Assembly: GCA_964618115.1 (NCBI GenBank) | Contig: CAZTZI010000206.1 | Coordinates: 5,779-69,778 of the forward strand | From: an uncultured Acidimicrobiales bacterium | Lineage (GTDB): Bacteria > Actinomycetota > Acidimicrobiia > Acidimicrobiales > CATQHL01 | Length of the DNA: 64,000 nucleotides | Direction: 5' to 3' | Part shown: positions 16,254 through 25,909 of the stretch, piece by piece | Layout: each line of letters opens with the position of its first letter | How positions within the stretch are numbered: position 1 is the stretch's first letter | Program-made: the position numbers and the translations under genes | Notes under the pieces: model-generated | Seen by the model: only the letters and a program-made list of their open reading frames with translations | Told to the model about the DNA's origin: nothing | The model's database searches: none

Positions 16254-19031
16254 CTAGTCGCCCGCGCCGGATGCGGACCCGCGGCGGGTGCGCCGCTCGC
16301 CCAGGTAGGAGCGGATCACGTCGGGGTGTGTGGTCACCTCAGCGGGGGTTCCCCGGGCGATGACCGCCCCCACCTCCAGAGCGAGCATCCTGTTGCACAC
16401 CTCGGCGAGCAGCGGCACGTCGTGCTCGATGATCACGAGCGTGACGCCGTAGGTCTCGCTGATCCGCTCCAGCACCGACGCCAGTTCCCGCGTCTCGGAC
16501 TGCGCGATCCCCGCCGAGGGCTCGTCCAGCAGCAGGACACGGGGATGCAGCGCCAGCCCGGCGGCCAACTCCACGAGACGGCGCGTCCCGGTGGGCATCG
16601 CGCTCAGCGGTTGGGCAGCGCGGGGACCGAGGCCGAAGGCGTCCAGGAACTCCCCGGGATCGGGCCGTGCGGGGTTGGCCGAGGCGGCCAGCGCCACCGT
16701 TTCCGCCACGGTCATCGTCGGGAACAACCGGGCGTCCTGGAAGGAGCGCACCAGCCCGGCGCGGCTGCGGCGCTCGGGCGAGTGGGCGGAGACGTTCATG
16801 CCGTCGAAGTGCACGGTGCCCGCGTCGGGTGCCACGAAGCCGCTGATCATCTCGAACAGCGTCGTCTTCCCGGCCCCGTTGGGCCCGATGATGCCGAGAC
16901 GGTCGCCCGGGGTCACCGAGAAGCTCACGCCGTCGACGGCCCGCGTCCCGCCGAACCGCTTCGAGAGACCCTCCACGACCAGCAGGTCCCCGCGGGCCGG
17001 GACCACGGTGCCAGGCCCGGTGCGGTCCGCGCCGGGCGCGCTCTGCCGCAGCGGGACGGGCTCGCCGGCACGGGCAGGATCGCGATCACCGGCGGGGTCG
17101 CGGGCGCCGCCCGGACCGCGCTCTCGGACGGGATCGAGGCCCGCCAGACGCGCCACGGCGTCGCAGTAGCCGTCCCGCACCCTGCCCAGCAGGGCGGACA
17201 GACCGCGCGGCTGCTCGAGGATCAGGATCAGCCAGCCGGCGTTCAGCGCGGCCAGGGGGGTGAGACCGAGGTCGAACAGCCGGGGGATGCCGACGAGGTA
17301 CAGCGCCCCCAGGAGCGGGCCGACGAACCCGCCCAGCCCGCCGATGACGGCGATGGACACGGCGTCCACGCTGCCGCGCGGCGTGAACAGGGCGGCGGAG
17401 ATCTGGGTGCTGGCGAACCCGATGACCGAACCGCCCAGCCCGGCCAGCATCCCGGCCACGACATAGGAACCGAGCTTCACGAAGGTCGCCGGTGTCCGCA
17501 GGGCGCGCGCCGCGTCCTCGTTGTCGCGGACCGCCCGGAGCCGTTGGCCGAAACGCGAGCGCCGCGCCAGGGCCGCGCCGGCCAGGGCCACGACGAAGGC
17601 CGCCAGCGCCACGTAGTAGTACGAGCGGGACGTGGTCAACTCGACGCCGAATACCTGCCGCGGCGGCGCGGAGACGCCGGTGCGGTCGAACGCCCACTCC
17701 TGGCGCAGCAGCCAGCCGGAGGCCATGAGGGTGAAGGCGAGGGTTGCCACGCCCAGGAGCTGGCCGCGGATGCGCAGTGCGGGCAGGCCCACGATCCCGG
17801 CCGCCAGCCCGCCGGCGACGGTGCCGCACAGCAGGGCGACGACGAGGCTGCCGGTCTCGCGCGCCACGATGACGGCGGCCAGCGCGCCCACTGCCCCGAA
17901 GGCCACCTGGCCCAGCGAGAGCTGGCCGCCGATGCCGGTGAGGAGGCTCACCGACATGGCGACGATGGCGAAGCCGAGGACGACCGCGAGGACGAAGGCG
18001 TTCTGGTTGCTGATCCAGGCGGGCACGAGCGCAGCGACCAGCGCGCAGGCGGCGGCCAGCACCGGCGGTGCCCAGCGGATCAGCGGGAGCCGCCGGTAGG
18101 CCTCGGGCAGCCGGGGCGCCGGCGCCAGCTCGGCCCAGCGGTCCTCGGCCGCCCGGCCGCGGCGCGAGCGGGACTGCAACCCCACCCCGATGAAGACGAC
18201 GGCGAAGACCGCCACCTCGAACGAGCCGGTGGCGCCGGGGTTGGACGCCAGGACCGCCTCCAGGATTCCCAGCCCCACACCGGCCGCGAAGGCGACGGGC
18301 AGGTTGGTGAAGCGGGCCAGGGCCGCCGCCGCCAGGCCGCGCAGCAGGAAACCCGGCCCCAGCGAGTCCGGCGTGACAACACCGCGGGAGGGCAGGATGA
18401 GCAGGGCCGAGAAGGTGGCGACCAGCCCGGCGAGAGCCCAGGCCAGCATCGACATGTACTGGGGGGCAGCCCCTGCCAGCGTCGCCGCGTCGGGATTCGA
18501 GGCGGCACCACGCATCGCCACGCCGTAGCGGGACCGTTCCAGGAACAACCCCAGCGCCACCAGCAGCACCGGCGTGAGGACCAGCAGCGCCGTCAGTGAG
18601 GACGGGATGAACAGCGGCCCCACCTCGAAGGAGGGGAAGAGCGTCGGCTGGGGGAACGTGCGGCCGCCCAGCCCGCCGGAGTTGAACGAGAGGGACAGCA
18701 GCAGCAGCGCCTCGCCGATGCCCAGGGTGGCGACCATGACAAGGACGCGGGGGGCGGCCGTGAGGCGCCGCACGATCAGCGCCTCGAGTCCGGCCCCCAC
18801 GAGAGCGCCGCAGAGCAGGGCCGCGGGGAATCCCAGCCCGTACGGGACCCCGTAGCGACCGACGACCACCGCGAAGAGCCCGGCGACGAACAGCCCGACG
18901 GCGCCGTGTGCGAAGTTGATGACACGGCTGGAGCGGTACGTGAGCACCAGGCCCACCGCCAGCAGGGCATAGCCGAGCCCCGTCAGCGTGCCGAGCAGGA
19001 CGACCGGGCCGGTGAGGTCGTAACCGCTCAC
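16254..19031 (-). CDS. Branched-chain amino acid-type ABC transporter, fused permease-permease-ATPase (LivH-LivM-LivG-like)
   Basis: RVINFAHG, GQLSLGQ and LRAVRDNE permease motifs; GPNGAGKTT Walker A; LLLDEP Walker B. Confidence 0.9.
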   Translation of the reverse strand: MSGYDLTGPVVLLGTLTGLGYALLAVGLVLTYRSSRVINFAHGAVGLFVAGLFAVVVGRYGVPYGLGFPAALLCGALVGAGLEALIVRRLTAAPRVLVMVATLGIGEALLLLSLSFNSGGLGGRTFPQPTLFPSFEVGPLFIPSSLTALLVLTPVLLVALGLFLERSRYGVAMRGAASNPDAATLAGAAPQYMSMLAWALAGLVATFSALLILPSRGVVTPDSLGPGFLLRGLAAAALARFTNLPVAFAAGVGLGILEAVLASNPGATGSFEVAVFAVVFIGVGLQSRSRRGRAAEDRWAELAPAPRLPEAYRRLPLIRWAPPVLAAACALVAALVPAWISNQNAFVLAVVLGFAIVAMSVSLLTGIGGQLSLGQVAFGAVGALAAVIVARETGSLVVALLCGTVAGGLAAGIVGLPALRIRGQLLGVATLAFTLMASGWLLRQEWAFDRTGVSAPPRQVFGVELTTSRSYYYVALAAFVVALAGAALARRSRFGQRLRAVRDNEDAARALRTPATFVKLGSYVVAGMLAGLGGSVIGFASTQISAALFTPRGSVDAVSIAVIGGLGGFVGPLLGALYLVGIPRLFDLGLTPLAALNAGWLILILEQPRGLSALLGRVRDGYCDAVARLAGLDPVRERGPGGARDPAGDRDPARAGEPVPLRQSAPGADRTGPGTVVPARGDLLVVEGLSKRFGGTRAVDGVSFSVTPGDRLGIIGPNGAGKTTLFEMISGFVAPDAGTVHFDGMNVSAHSPERRSRAGLVRSFQDARLFPTMTVAETVALAASANPARPDPGEFLDAFGLGPRAAQPLSAMPTGTRRLVELAAGLALHPRVLLLDEPSAGIAQSETRELASVLERISETYGVTLVIIEHDVPLLAEVCNRMLALEVGAVIARGTPAEVTTHPDVIRSYLGERRTRRGSASGAGD

Positions 19032-20995
19032 GTCACCGGGGTCGCCGGAGGGCCGGCGAGATACACCGACCGCACCAGGTCCCCCTGCGCCTGCAGGTCG
19101 GCCGGCGTGCCTTCCCGGCGGATCTCACCCCTCTCCATCACGTAGACGTAGTCGGCCACCTCGCAGGCGAGGTCCACGGACTGCTCGACCAGCAGGACCG
19201 AGGTGCCACGGGCCGCGATCCCGCGCAGCGCGGGCAGCAACTCGTCCACCAGCGCCGGTGCCAGCCCCAGCGAGAACTCGTCGATCAGCAGCAGCCGCGG
19301 TGAGGTGATGAACGCCTTGGCCAGAGCGAGCATCTGCTTCTCGCCGCCGGACAGGGTCGCGGCGCTCTGGGAGCGCCGCTCCGCCAGGCGCGGGAACTGC
19401 TCGAGGGCCGCGGCGATCCCCGGGCCGGCCGCCGAGCGCGGCAGGCTGTGGGCGAAGAGCCGGAGGTTCTCCGCGACGCTGAGTTCTGCAGCCACGGCGT
19501 CGCCGCCGACGATCTGGTGCAGACCCATCCCGACGCGCCACGTGGGCGGCGTCCGGGTGATGTCGAGCCCGCGATAGACGATCCGGCCCGCGCAGAGGGG
19601 CTCGAGGCCCGAGATCGCCCGCAGCGTGCTGGTCTTTCCGGCACCGTTGGTGCCCAGCAGGGCGACCACCCTGCCCTCGGGCACCACGAGGCCGGCCTCG
19701 AATACCACCTGGACCCCCTCGTAGGCCACCCCGACACCGTCCAGCCGCAGCAGCGGCGTCCCGGGGCCCTGCTCCACCCGCCCGGGCACGGTGGTGCGCC
19801 AGGCGCGCCGCCGGTGGACCGCGACCTCCTCGGCGGGGCATCGGCGGGCGAGCAGGTATCCCACCCCGATGGGGGCCAGGGCGGTGACGGCGATCCGCAA
19901 CTGGTCGTGCCGGCCTGCCAGCGGACCCGCCAGCAGGCCCACGGCCGCCGCCGCGCCGGCCGCGAAGCCCGCCACCTGGCGAGCCGCCACGACCCGCCGC
20001 GTGGCGGGACGGAAGCCCGCCCAGGTCGCCGCATCCAGTCCGACGGCCGCCAGCACCAGCGCGCCGGCGGCCAGGATCCACGAGGTGATCAGCCCGATGT
20101 AGGTGAAGGAGAGGGCGCCGAGCAGGGCCATCCCGCCGCCGAGCATCAGCAGGTGGCCGCTGATGGCGGCGCGGCCGGCTCCGCTCCGCCGTCCCAGGTG
20201 GTGGAACCACCGCCCGAGGATCACGGTCACGGCGGCGCCACCGGCGGTCGCCGCCAACACGCCGGCCGCGCCCTGCGGGGTGCGCTGCCACTCGCCGGCG
20301 AGCAGCGCATGCCCCGATGAGGCGGTGCCGGCGAACAGCGCGCCGAACCCGAAGGCGGCGGCGGCACCGCGCCTCGACCACGGGGCGCCGGCCACGGCGA
20401 TCCCGTCGGCACCGGGATCCGCCCACGGCAGCGGACGCAGGAGTGTGAGGACGCCGCCGGCCGCCGCGGCCACGCCGGCGCCCCGGAGCACGGCGACGAT
20501 CCCGACCGGCTGGACCATGGACGCCAGGAAGACGCCGAGGACGCCAAGGGTCAACGCTGTCCAGTACCAGCTGAACAGCACGAAACGCGCTTCGTTGCCC
20601 TCGGCGTCCCGGGCCGGCCAGGCGAGACGGGGCGTGTTGAGGACTTCGGCACTCTCGGCGATCAGCAGGCGCTGCAGGGCGATGGACGGACCGAACCCGG
20701 CGGCCGCCACCGCCAGACCGGCCGTCCCGGCGGTGCCGCCCGGATCGCTCGCCGCCAGCCACATGCCGGCGCCGGCACCGACGGCGGCCGTGCCGATCAG
20801 GATCTGCTCGGGGATCCGGCCCGCCGCCCGGGTGGCGGCCAGCGCGCCCGCCAGGGCCACGAGTGCCATCACGGGAAGCGCCCGGGCGGCGAGCGCCTCG
20901 CCGGTGCCCGCGGGCAGCATCAGTCGAGCGGCGCTCGCGCCGGCGGCCCCGGCGATCACGCCCGGGCCGGCCAGCCGGGCCAGGATGGCCCGCAC
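19028..20995 (-). CDS. LivF-like ABC ATPase fused to an N-terminal multi-pass (MFS-like) membrane domain
   Basis: About 400 aa of hydrophobic helices, then GTNGAGKT, LSGGEKQML, LLIDEFSLGLAP and LLVEQ. Start at GTG 20995. Confidence 0.85.
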   Translation of the reverse strand: MRAILARLAGPGVIAGAAGASAARLMLPAGTGEALAARALPVMALVALAGALAATRAAGRIPEQILIGTAAVGAGAGMWLAASDPGGTAGTAGLAVAAAGFGPSIALQRLLIAESAEVLNTPRLAWPARDAEGNEARFVLFSWYWTALTLGVLGVFLASMVQPVGIVAVLRGAGVAAAAGGVLTLLRPLPWADPGADGIAVAGAPWSRRGAAAAFGFGALFAGTASSGHALLAGEWQRTPQGAAGVLAATAGGAAVTVILGRWFHHLGRRSGAGRAAISGHLLMLGGGMALLGALSFTYIGLITSWILAAGALVLAAVGLDAATWAGFRPATRRVVAARQVAGFAAGAAAAVGLLAGPLAGRHDQLRIAVTALAPIGVGYLLARRCPAEEVAVHRRRAWRTTVPGRVEQGPGTPLLRLDGVGVAYEGVQVVFEAGLVVPEGRVVALLGTNGAGKTSTLRAISGLEPLCAGRIVYRGLDITRTPPTWRVGMGLHQIVGGDAVAAELSVAENLRLFAHSLPRSAAGPGIAAALEQFPRLAERRSQSAATLSGGEKQMLALAKAFITSPRLLLIDEFSLGLAPALVDELLPALRGIAARGTSVLLVEQSVDLACEVADYVYVMERGEIRREGTPADLQAQGDLVRSVYLAGPPATPVT

Positions 20996-20996
20996 G

Positions 20997-22769
20997 TCAG
21001 CCCCCGAAGGGGATCGTGTCACTCCGGATGACCATGCACGCACAGGACTCGTCGTAGGAGAACACGCGGTAGCCGGCGCTCCCGGTGTAGTCGCCCTCCC
21101 GGAATGCCACCGAGTAGACGCTGGCGGGCTCGAACCGGTCGCCGACGGCCCACATCGCCGCGCCGATGCCCTCGGGGCTCAGTGAGTCGGCGTGATCGCC
21201 GGCGAGTTGCAGGAGCCTGACCGCGTCGCAGTACAGGAGCGCGCTGCGGGAGTTGGCGCGGCTCTCGAAGTCGGCCCCGGCGTCGGCGGCGATGCCGAGG
21301 CACAGGGCCTCGGCGGCGTTGGCCGGTGCGGGATACTGGTCCTCGTGAACGTCCCAGCCGGGCAGGACGGAGATCCCGACTGAACCCCGCATCAGGTCGG
21401 GGTAGTTGCGGATGTTGAATTCGGGACTGTCGTAGCTGGTCACGGCGTAGGCGGGCGAGAAATTCTGGGTGGCGCCGATGTCCAGCATCCACGAGGCCAG
21501 GCGGGATCCCCCCACGGCGATGACCTTGTCCACACCGGCACTCTTGAAGTCGAGGATCGCCTGCTGCATGCCCGCCTCGAGGCTGGTGCCGTCGACCGGG
21601 TCCGCCCAGTTGACCGACGCAACCTCCACGCCGGCAGCGGCGAGGCGAGGCTGCAGCACCTCCTCGAAGATCCGGCGGTTCATGTCGTTCTCGATGCCGA
21701 CGACGCCGACCGTGGCGCCGTCGAACCACCCGGCGGACTCCAGCGCCCCGGCCAGGCCGCTGAGCAACTGGTCGTAGCTCGGGAGCAGCGGCGACCACAG
21801 GTACGGGGCGAGGTCCGCGTAGCCGGAGCGGTCGATCGGGAAGAGGGTCACATCCAGCATCAGCGTGCCGGCTGCGGCGTAGCAGGGCCGGGCGTTCTCC
21901 TGGAACTGGCCCGTGAGGACGACGACGTCGGCACCGTCGTCCTGGGTGATGGCGTTGCAGAGTTGCTCCTCGGAGATGGGAGAGTCGGTGATGGCGTTGA
22001 AGACCCGCACGACCGGTCGGATCGGCCGGCCGGCCACGCCTCCGGTGTCGTTGGCGCGAGCCACGACCGCTTCGATCACAGCCTCCAGATCGCCCTGGTC
22101 GGGAACCTCCCAGCCCAGCGCCTGAGCGACGACGCTCACGTCGGTGACGATGAACGACACCACCAGCGGCTCGGCACTCATGTCGGCGGGGCCGCGAGAG
22201 GCCTCGAGCGGCTGGGGCGCCGCGGGCGGCTGGGGCGGGGGCGCCGCAGGTCGCTCCGGCTCGTCGCCGGCCGCGGGCGCCGCGGGGGGATCCGCGGGCT
22301 CGGGCGCCGCCGGGGCCTCCGGCGCCGGAGCAGGCTCATCGGGCGCCGGCGCAGGCGTCTCCGCTGCGGCGGCCGCCTGCTGCTGGGCTTCCTCGGCTTC
22401 GGCGCGCGCCTGCTCGGACGCGCTCTGGGCGGCGGCGGCCTGCGTGCGCGCCTCCTCCGCCTCGGCCTGAGCCTCCGCGAGTGCCGCCTCGGCCTCGGCG
22501 ACGGCCTCCTGGTCGCCCTCGGCTGCGGCCTGGGCAAGTTCGGCTGCCGCCTGAGCCTCCTCCTCGGCGGCGAGCGCGGCCTGCTCCCGGGCCTCGGCCG
22601 CCGCCGCCTCGGCCTCCGCCGCCTGCGCCTCGGCCTCGGCCTCGGCCGCCCGCGCTTCGCTCAGCGCCGCGGCGGCACCGTCCGCCGCACCGTCGTCGCC
22701 TGCCGCACATGCAGCCGCCAGCAGCGCCAACGCGCTCAGGGCGGCCGTCGCAAGAATGCGGATCCTCAT
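20997..22769 (-). CDS. ABC substrate-binding lipoprotein (type 1 PBP) with Ala/Glu coiled-coil stalk
   Basis: Lipobox LAAAC, Ala/Glu-rich helix, Pro-rich linker, then ANDTGGVAGRPI and FKSAGVDKVI motifs. Confidence 0.85.
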   Translation of the reverse strand: MRIRILATAALSALALLAAACAAGDDGAADGAAAALSEARAAEAEAEAQAAEAEAAAAEAREQAALAAEEEAQAAAELAQAAAEGDQEAVAEAEAALAEAQAEAEEARTQAAAAQSASEQARAEAEEAQQQAAAAAETPAPAPDEPAPAPEAPAAPEPADPPAAPAAGDEPERPAAPPPQPPAAPQPLEASRGPADMSAEPLVVSFIVTDVSVVAQALGWEVPDQGDLEAVIEAVVARANDTGGVAGRPIRPVVRVFNAITDSPISEEQLCNAITQDDGADVVVLTGQFQENARPCYAAAGTLMLDVTLFPIDRSGYADLAPYLWSPLLPSYDQLLSGLAGALESAGWFDGATVGVVGIENDMNRRIFEEVLQPRLAAAGVEVASVNWADPVDGTSLEAGMQQAILDFKSAGVDKVIAVGGSRLASWMLDIGATQNFSPAYAVTSYDSPEFNIRNYPDLMRGSVGISVLPGWDVHEDQYPAPANAAEALCLGIAADAGADFESRANSRSALLYCDAVRLLQLAGDHADSLSPEGIGAAMWAVGDRFEPASVYSVAFREGDYTGSAGYRVFSYDESCACMVIRSDTIPFGG

Positions 22770-22770
22770 G

Positions 22771-23022
22771 TCAACTCCCCTCCACCAGCGAGTTCTCGCG
22801 GAACGCCGCCCGCACCGCTGCGTCGTAGGCGGCTCTGCGGGCGGCGAGTATGCGTACCGCCAGCCGGACGGCCAGTGCCAGCAGCACGACCACGATCACC
22901 ACGTGCGCCCACCGCGGCAGGGCGAGCCAGCCGCCCCCGATCCTGTCGAGAGCCTCGTCGTTCATGCCGGCGACGTACAACATGGCGCCGACCAGGCCCC
23001 AGAACCACCGCCGGCGGATCAC
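22771..23022 (-). CDS. Small hypothetical membrane protein (83 aa)
   Basis: Two hydrophobic segments; start overlaps the upstream stop and stop abuts the SBP start. Confidence 0.6.
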   Translation of the reverse strand: MIRRRWFWGLVGAMLYVAGMNDEALDRIGGGWLALPRWAHVVIVVVLLALAVRLAVRILAARRAAYDAAVRAAFRENSLVEGS

Positions 23023-24350
23023 GTGGCGGCGCCGAACTGCGCGCCCTCCGCACCGTGCACCAGGTACTCGGCGGCCTCGAGGCGCCCTCGCTCAGGCGGG
23101 AAGCCCTGCACCAAGGCCATGGCGAGGTCTCGCAGGCCCCGGGAGATCGGCGAACCGAAGCCGGTGTTCCCCGTACCGCACGCCTTGAGGGCCGTCACGG
23201 CCACGTCGAAGCAGTTCTCGGCGATCTCACCCTTGGCGATGCGCCAGTGCGCCACCTCCTCGTCCTTGGACATCCGGGGCGGGTCGCAGGTCTCCAGTTG
23301 CAGCTGGCGCCGTGCCCAACCCAGCGCCGTCTGCAGCGAGGCCTGCATCCTCCCGATGAGTTGCTTGTGCAACTCGCTGCCGCCGATGGGCTCGTCGGTG
23401 CCGTGGTAGGTGGTCGTGCGCAGATGGTTCAGGGCAAACTCCGTCACGGCGTGCGCCGCACCGAGGTAGACCGACGACAGCGCCACCTGGTTGCCGACGA
23501 AGCTGCCCCGGCTCACCCGGGTCATCTTCACGAAGGCGCCCGGTAGGGCCAGCGCGCTGGCATCGGGCACGAAGACGTCCTCGAGGACGATCCCGTGCGT
23601 GGCCGATGCCCGCATCCCCAGGGCGTCCCAGCGGGTCCGGTCAGACACGCCGGTGCTGTCGCGGGGGATCAGGAAGACGGCCAGGTGCTCGGCCGTGGCG
23701 CCGCCGGGGAGCCTGGCCGTGACGAGGTAGTCGTCGGCGACCCCGGTGGCGCAGCCGAACGACTTGACCCCGTTGACGATCCAGCCGCCGTCGGCGGGCG
23801 AGGCCTCGGTGGCGATGGCGATCGCGGCGTTCTTGACGCGCACCGACTCGCTCGCGAAGTTGGCGACCCAGCGCCCCTCCGAACCCATCCGCCGCAGGAG
23901 CTTCTCGCCGAACGCCCGGACCACCGGCACCTCCTTGGGGGAGAACAGCCCGGCGTCGGCCGCGGCCAGCGGGAGGAGGCCGCGCGACGTGCCGCTGCAC
24001 TGGAAGAAATAGGCGATGGCCGTCGAGGCGCAGGCGGTCGCCATGGCGAAGGTGGCGGCCGCCAGATCGCGCAGACCGCCTCCGAGACCTCCGTATTCGA
24101 CCGGGACGTTCAGGCCCAACAGCCCGGCTTCGGACAGCGTCCTCACATGCTCGACGGGGAACTCGCCCGTGCGGTCCGCCTCGGTGGCACGGGCCGCCAG
24201 AGCACCCAGCACCCCCTCGACCCGAGCGGCCCGGGCGCGCTCGCCGGCGGTCATGTCGTCGACGAGGATCTCCCCGGTGAGACCGCCCGTCGCGGCGGTG
24301 GGGGCCCCGCTCCGCCCGGCCGGCGCCACGATCGCCCGGGCCGTCCCCAT
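23019..24350 (-). CDS. Acyl-CoA dehydrogenase family flavoprotein (possibly a DszC/SfnB-like monooxygenase)
   Basis: ADRTGEFP, VPVEYGGLGG, WIVNGVKSFGCAT, WDALGMRASATH and SVYLGAA. Confidence 0.85.
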   Translation of the reverse strand: MGTARAIVAPAGRSGAPTAATGGLTGEILVDDMTAGERARAARVEGVLGALAARATEADRTGEFPVEHVRTLSEAGLLGLNVPVEYGGLGGGLRDLAAATFAMATACASTAIAYFFQCSGTSRGLLPLAAADAGLFSPKEVPVVRAFGEKLLRRMGSEGRWVANFASESVRVKNAAIAIATEASPADGGWIVNGVKSFGCATGVADDYLVTARLPGGATAEHLAVFLIPRDSTGVSDRTRWDALGMRASATHGIVLEDVFVPDASALALPGAFVKMTRVSRGSFVGNQVALSSVYLGAAHAVTEFALNHLRTTTYHGTDEPIGGSELHKQLIGRMQASLQTALGWARRQLQLETCDPPRMSKDEEVAHWRIAKGEIAENCFDVAVTALKACGTGNTGFGSPISRGLRDLAMALVQGFPPERGRLEAAEYLVHGAEGAQFGAAT

Positions 24351-24372
24351 CGAGATCGCGCCCCCGGAGCGC

Positions 24373-24915
24373 TCAGCCCGTTGCCATGTCCGAGGGCGGC
24401 TCCCCGGCGCCGTCGCTGCCGGCATCCGCCGGGGCTTCTTCGGCGGGAGGCTCCTCCTCGGTGGTGCCGCCCGGGCCGGCGAACGTGATCTCGACACCGG
24501 CGTAGTTCGCGTTGGGCCCGAAGCCGTCGCCGGCGACGACGAAGCACGGGTTCTCGTGATCGCAGCGTCCGGGGATCACCATCACGGGATACTCCAGGCC
24601 GGCCGTGCCGTCGTCGGCGGAGGTGGCCGTGTGCTGGCCGTAGTTGCTCAACTCGCAGTCCGCGGGTCCCACCGCCGGGAAGTTGAAGCACGTCACCACC
24701 GTGATGGTCTTGCCGGGGAGGAAGCTGGACAGGTTGACCGTGATCGTCTCGCCGTCGGTGATGCCGCTGTCCTTGGAGAGCGTCATGGTCTCGCCGTTGT
24801 GGCCCAGACCATGGTCCGCGGATGTGTGCGACGCCGTCAGCGCGGTGACCGCCAGGATGACGGCGCCCGCCGCAGCGAGCCGGCGGACGGGGGTGGGGAT
24901 GATCGGTTTCGACAC
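24373..24915 (-). CDS. Secreted neocarzinostatin apoprotein-like protein
   Basis: Signal peptide; GITDGETITV...FLPG...TC...GPADC...ADDGTA...RCDHENPC...ITF with four Cys in the chromoprotein pattern. Confidence 0.7.
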   Translation of the reverse strand: MSKPIIPTPVRRLAAAGAVILAVTALTASHTSADHGLGHNGETMTLSKDSGITDGETITVNLSSFLPGKTITVVTCFNFPAVGPADCELSNYGQHTATSADDGTAGLEYPVMVIPGRCDHENPCFVVAGDGFGPNANYAGVEITFAGPGGTTEEEPPAEEAPADAGSDGAGEPPSDMATG

Positions 24916-25007
24916 GTTTCGTCCTTTCGGGGGACCGACCGCCTTACCGAGGGCCGTTCGCCCTTTCCGAGGTCGGCGTTGTGAGTCGTACAGTAGGCCG
25001 TTCGGAT

Positions 25008-25024
25008 GTTCCGATCAATGGAAC
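25008..25024. promoter_or_regulatory. Putative IclR operator (GTTCCGATCAATGGAAC), with a half-site at 25028
   Basis: Palindrome about 90 bp upstream of the neocarzinostatin-like/ABC operon. Confidence 0.75.
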
Positions 25025-25125
25025 GTTGTTCCACTTCAGGGCTGATCTGGAACTGTCGGCCGGCTTCACCGCCTGCGTCGGCGAGCGGGGGACCTGCGAC
25101 GTCCGGCCGGACCGGCGGTGCCCCG

Positions 25126-25782
25126 TCAGCGGGCGAGGTAGGCCAGCACCTCCGCCTCGTCCACGACGTCGGCGTACTTGGCGTCGAGATCGAAGAGGTT
25201 CGCCTCGTGGACGGCCTCGCTGCGATCACCCACCGCTTGGCGGACCACGATGGGGACGAACCCGTACTGGCAGGCGTCCAGCGCGGTCGCCCGCACGCAG
25301 CCGCTCGTGGAAACACCCGTCACGATCACCGTGTCGACGCCCAGTGACGTGAGCGTGGACGCCAGCGACGTGCCGAAGAAGGCGCTGGGGTACTGCTTGG
25401 TGACGACGATGTCGCCGGGCTCCGGCTTCAGCGACGGGGCCAGTTCCGCCAGGGGGTTGCCCCGGTCGAAGCAGGCCAGCGCCGCCACCTTCCGGTAGAA
25501 GACGCCCCCGTCGACCCCGCCGGGGTGGAACTCCACCCGGGTGAGGATCACCGGTATGCCGGCCGACCGGGCGGCGTCGAGGACGCGCTCGCAGGACGCC
25601 AGCGTGTCCTCCACCCCCGCGTACAGCGGTGAGCCCTCCTCGAGGTAGGCGAGGGCGAAGTCGATGATCACCAGGGCCGGGCGCTCCCCGAACCCCAGCC
25701 GGCCACGGAAGCCCGCCTTCGTGTAGTCCTCCTCGAGCGCCGTTCCGGTCATCTCGCCGGCATCGGTGTCTCGGTCATCCAT
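25126..25782 (-). CDS. Isochorismatase-family cysteine hydrolase (maleamate amidohydrolase/N-carbamoylsarcosine amidase-like)
   Basis: GFGERPALVIIDF, KQYPSAFFGT, GVSTSGCVRATALDA and NLFDLDAKYADV. Confidence 0.9.
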   Translation of the reverse strand: MDDRDTDAGEMTGTALEEDYTKAGFRGRLGFGERPALVIIDFALAYLEEGSPLYAGVEDTLASCERVLDAARSAGIPVILTRVEFHPGGVDGGVFYRKVAALACFDRGNPLAELAPSLKPEPGDIVVTKQYPSAFFGTSLASTLTSLGVDTVIVTGVSTSGCVRATALDACQYGFVPIVVRQAVGDRSEAVHEANLFDLDAKYADVVDEAEVLAYLAR

Positions 25783-25793
25783 CTCCGGTTCCT

Positions 25794-25835
25794 CCTGTCT
25801 CGGTCGTCCTGTCTCGGTCGTCCTGTCCCGGTCGT
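25794..25835. repeat. 14-bp tandem repeat (CCTGTCTCGGTCGT) x3
   Basis: Two exact copies and one single-mismatch copy upstream of the isochorismatase RBS. Confidence 0.75.
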
Positions 25836-25909
25836 CCGTATCTCGTCCTCGACCGCCCGATCCTCCTCCGAGTTCGGGTTCCGGCCGCGGAGCGCCGGCC
25901 GGGCGGTGC

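Noticed and set aside
24373-24915. Enediyne antibiotic cluster
   Set aside because: No enediyne PKS or associated biosynthetic genes; the context is uptake and catabolism.
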